A stretch of 64,000 nucleotides of DNA from Mobula hypostoma (Eukaryota): positions 4,528,001 through 4,592,000 of the forward strand of contig NC_086109.1 of NCBI RefSeq assembly GCF_963921235.1, in the 5' to 3' direction. Each line of letters begins with the position of its first letter. The first letter of the stretch is position 1. This document shows, in pieces, positions 61,650-64,000 of this stretch. A program made the position numbers and the translations under genes. Under the pieces are notes generated by a model. The model was not told where the DNA came from. It was given only the letters and a program-made list of their open reading frames with translations, and ran no database searches.

Positions 61650-64000
61650 AATCTTCCTGGTTTTCCTCAAACAGATTCTGGCGTTTTAATTTAACTCTGT
61701 TATCTGACAAGGATTTTTTAAAGTTTATGGAGAGGCAAATCACTCTTTTTTTTGAAGAGAATACGGTGGAGGAAACTTCTAGCCTTGTCATATGGGATGC
61801 CTTTAAAGCATATATTAGAGAACAAATCATTTCTTATACTACAAGTGTTAAAAAAAAAGCTAATAAAGAGAGAATTAATTTAGCCAATCAGCCGAAACAA
61901 TTAGATGAAGAATATGCTTCGACCTCAGATCCTGCTGTATATAAAAGACTGGTTGAAATTAAAGCTAAATATGATTTTTTTTTATGAATATACCTATTGA
62001 AACTCAACTTTTAAAGGATAAAAGTCAATTTTATATCCATGGGGATAAAACAGGTAAATTATTGGCTAACCAAATTAAAACTTCTAGTGCTAAACGACAG
62101 ATTAAAGAAATTTGTAAACCTAACGGTAGTATGACAACTGATCATTTAGAAATAAATGATACTTTCAGAGAATATTATTCTAAACTTTATAGCTCTGATC
62201 TTCTTAAAGATAATACTATAATGGATAACTTTTTAGACCAAATAAATATCTCTACACTTTCTGTTGATGACCGAAAACAGTTGGATCAATGTATTTCTCA
62301 CGAAGAAACAGCCGAAGCTGTACGTTCGTTGCATTCAGGGAAAACTCCAGGTCCTGATGGATTTTCTGGAGAATTTTATTTGGCTTTTTCTTCCTTGCTC
62401 ATACCCCATTTATGTTCAGTTTTTTCAGATTCTTTTAAGTTAGGTAGGTTACCACAATCCTTTTACGAAGCTTCTATTTCGCTTATCCTTAAAAAGAATT
62501 AGAATCCAACTAAATGTTCTTCATAAGACCAATTTCTCTACTTAACATTGATGCTAAAATTTTATCTAAAGTTCTGGCCCGTAGGATGGAAAATACCTTA
62601 CCATCTGTCATTTCTGACGATCAGACTGGCTTTATTAAAAATCGATATTCTTATTTTAATATTCACCAATTATTAAATGTTACTTATTTTCCTTCTAAAG
62701 AGATATCGGAGCGTGTGATATCCTTAGACGCTGAGAAGGCTTTTGATCGGGTTGAATAGCATTATTTATTTAAAATTTTAGAAAAATTTAATTTTGGGTC
62801 CAACTTTATTCAGTGGATTAAATGACTGTATTTATCCTCTTTTGCTCGGGTTCTTACTAACTCTCAGAATTCTAAACCATTTAAACTTCAATGTGGAACC
62901 AGGCAAGGTTGCCCTTTGAGTCTTTTGCTCTTTGACCTGCCTTTAGACCCTTTAGCTATTGCTTTTCAAGAATCTAACGATATCACTGGTATTTTACAGA
63001 AGGGTACTATCCACAAAGTTTCACTTTATGCGGATGATTTATCGCTTTACATTTCCAATGTTGAAACTTCCTTACCTTCTGTGCTTTCCTTACTATCTTG
63101 CTTTAGTCAATTTTCTGGATATAAACTGAACCTACACAAGAGTGAACTCTTTCCTTTGAATAATTTGCCATTAGCTGATATTAATCATCCTTTTAAAATC
63201 GTAAGAAACTAATTCACTTATTTGGGTGTAACAATTAATAAAAATTATAAATATTTATTTAAAGAAAATGTTCTTAATTAAATTATATAAAAAGAACATT
63301 ATCAAATTGGTCGCCCCTTTCGTTATCATTGATTGGCTGAATTAATTATATTAAAATGAATGTTTTACCTAAATTCATATACTTCTTTCAGGCATTGCCC
63401 ATTTTTATCCCTAAATCTTTTTTTGACTCTCTGGACTCTACTTTATTCTCCTATATATGGAAAAATAAATGTCCTCGACTGAATAAAGTCCATCTCCAGA
63501 AAGTTAAAAAGAATGGAGATTTAGTCTTACCAAATTTTAGGTTTTATTACTGGGCAGCTAATATACGGAATCTCATGTTTTGGTTATACTATATTAACCA
63601 CGAGGACTGTCCCAAGTGGGTTTCTTCAGAAGCTAACTCAGTTAATAAATTTTCTATTATCTCCCTATTGGGATCTTTACTTCCTTTATCCTTAAGTAAG
63701 ATAACTGAAAATGTGGTAGTCAAAGATACTTTAAGGATTTGGATACAATTTAGAAAAAACTTTGATTTATTGAGATTCTCCCTTTCTAGTCCTATTTAAA
63801 AAATTTTTTTTAAAGCCTTCTATGGCTGATGTAGTCTTTAAACATTGGGAAGGATTGGGCATTACATGTTTCTGGGATCTGCTTGTGGGAGGAAGTCTTT
63901 CTTTGTTTGAACAATTGTCAACTAAATATAGTTTACCAAAAACCCATTTTTGTCACTCCTTACAAATTAGAGATTTTCTGCAATCTCAATTATATACATT
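61650..64000 (+). mobile_element. Degenerate L1-clade LINE ORF2
   Basis: WRFN..LL.D, IWDAFKAYIR, GKTPGPDGF, RPISLLNIDAKI, SLDAEKAFDRVE, GTRQGCPLS, SLYADDL, MNVLPKF.Y.FQ; many stops. Confidence 0.9.

Noticed and set aside
59359..64000. Search for the CD46-like signal-peptide exon
   Set aside because: The region is almost all Rex1 and L1 sequence; no convincing ATG-hydrophobic-donor exon was found.
1..64000. CRISPR arrays, operons, genuine tRNA/rRNA genes
   Set aside because: The DNA is eukaryotic; tRNA-like A/B boxes occur only as SINE heads and no spaced repeat arrays were seen.

Overview
Vertebrate, repeat-rich genomic DNA. The repeat families (V-SINE/HE1-like SINEs, CR1 with (TTTCTATG)n tails, Neptune-type Penelope elements, Rex1/Babar, RTE, Tc1) suggest a cartilaginous fish, probably a ray; this is an inference. 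The main gene, mostly missed by the ORF track, is a minus-strand CD46/membrane-cofactor-protein-like complement regulator. I reconstructed it by hand from 12 coding exons: CCP1 59170-59358, split CCP2 58577-58670 + 57066-57139, CCP3 53562-53744, CCP4 46958-47143, three Ser/Thr/Pro micro-exons (45466-45495, 43141-43167, 37856-37900), a 39-nt juxtamembrane exon 33226-33264, a TM exon 30979-31060, a cytoplasmic cassette exon 30512-30643 and a terminal exon starting at 22914 with a ~2.6-kb 3' UTR. All splice phases are compatible. No signal-peptide exon was found, so it probably lies beyond 64000. Including or skipping the cassette exon predicts two tails, ...HGRVKVNPDYNVQCPW* (NPxY) or ...HGRSVV* (class I PDZ ligand), echoing mammalian CD46 CYT-1/CYT-2. 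The signal-peptide exon of a second minus-strand gene lies at 96-144. The rest is nested transposons, including Penelope-like elements with minimal hammerhead ribozyme motifs (four with intact cores; two of these sit in a ~1.16-kb intronic palindrome), a solo LTR with a 4-bp TSD, an hAT-like MITE with a 6-bp TSD, three Tc1 relics and a young CR1 RT ORF. TE boundaries without a stated TSD are approximate. No database searches were run.
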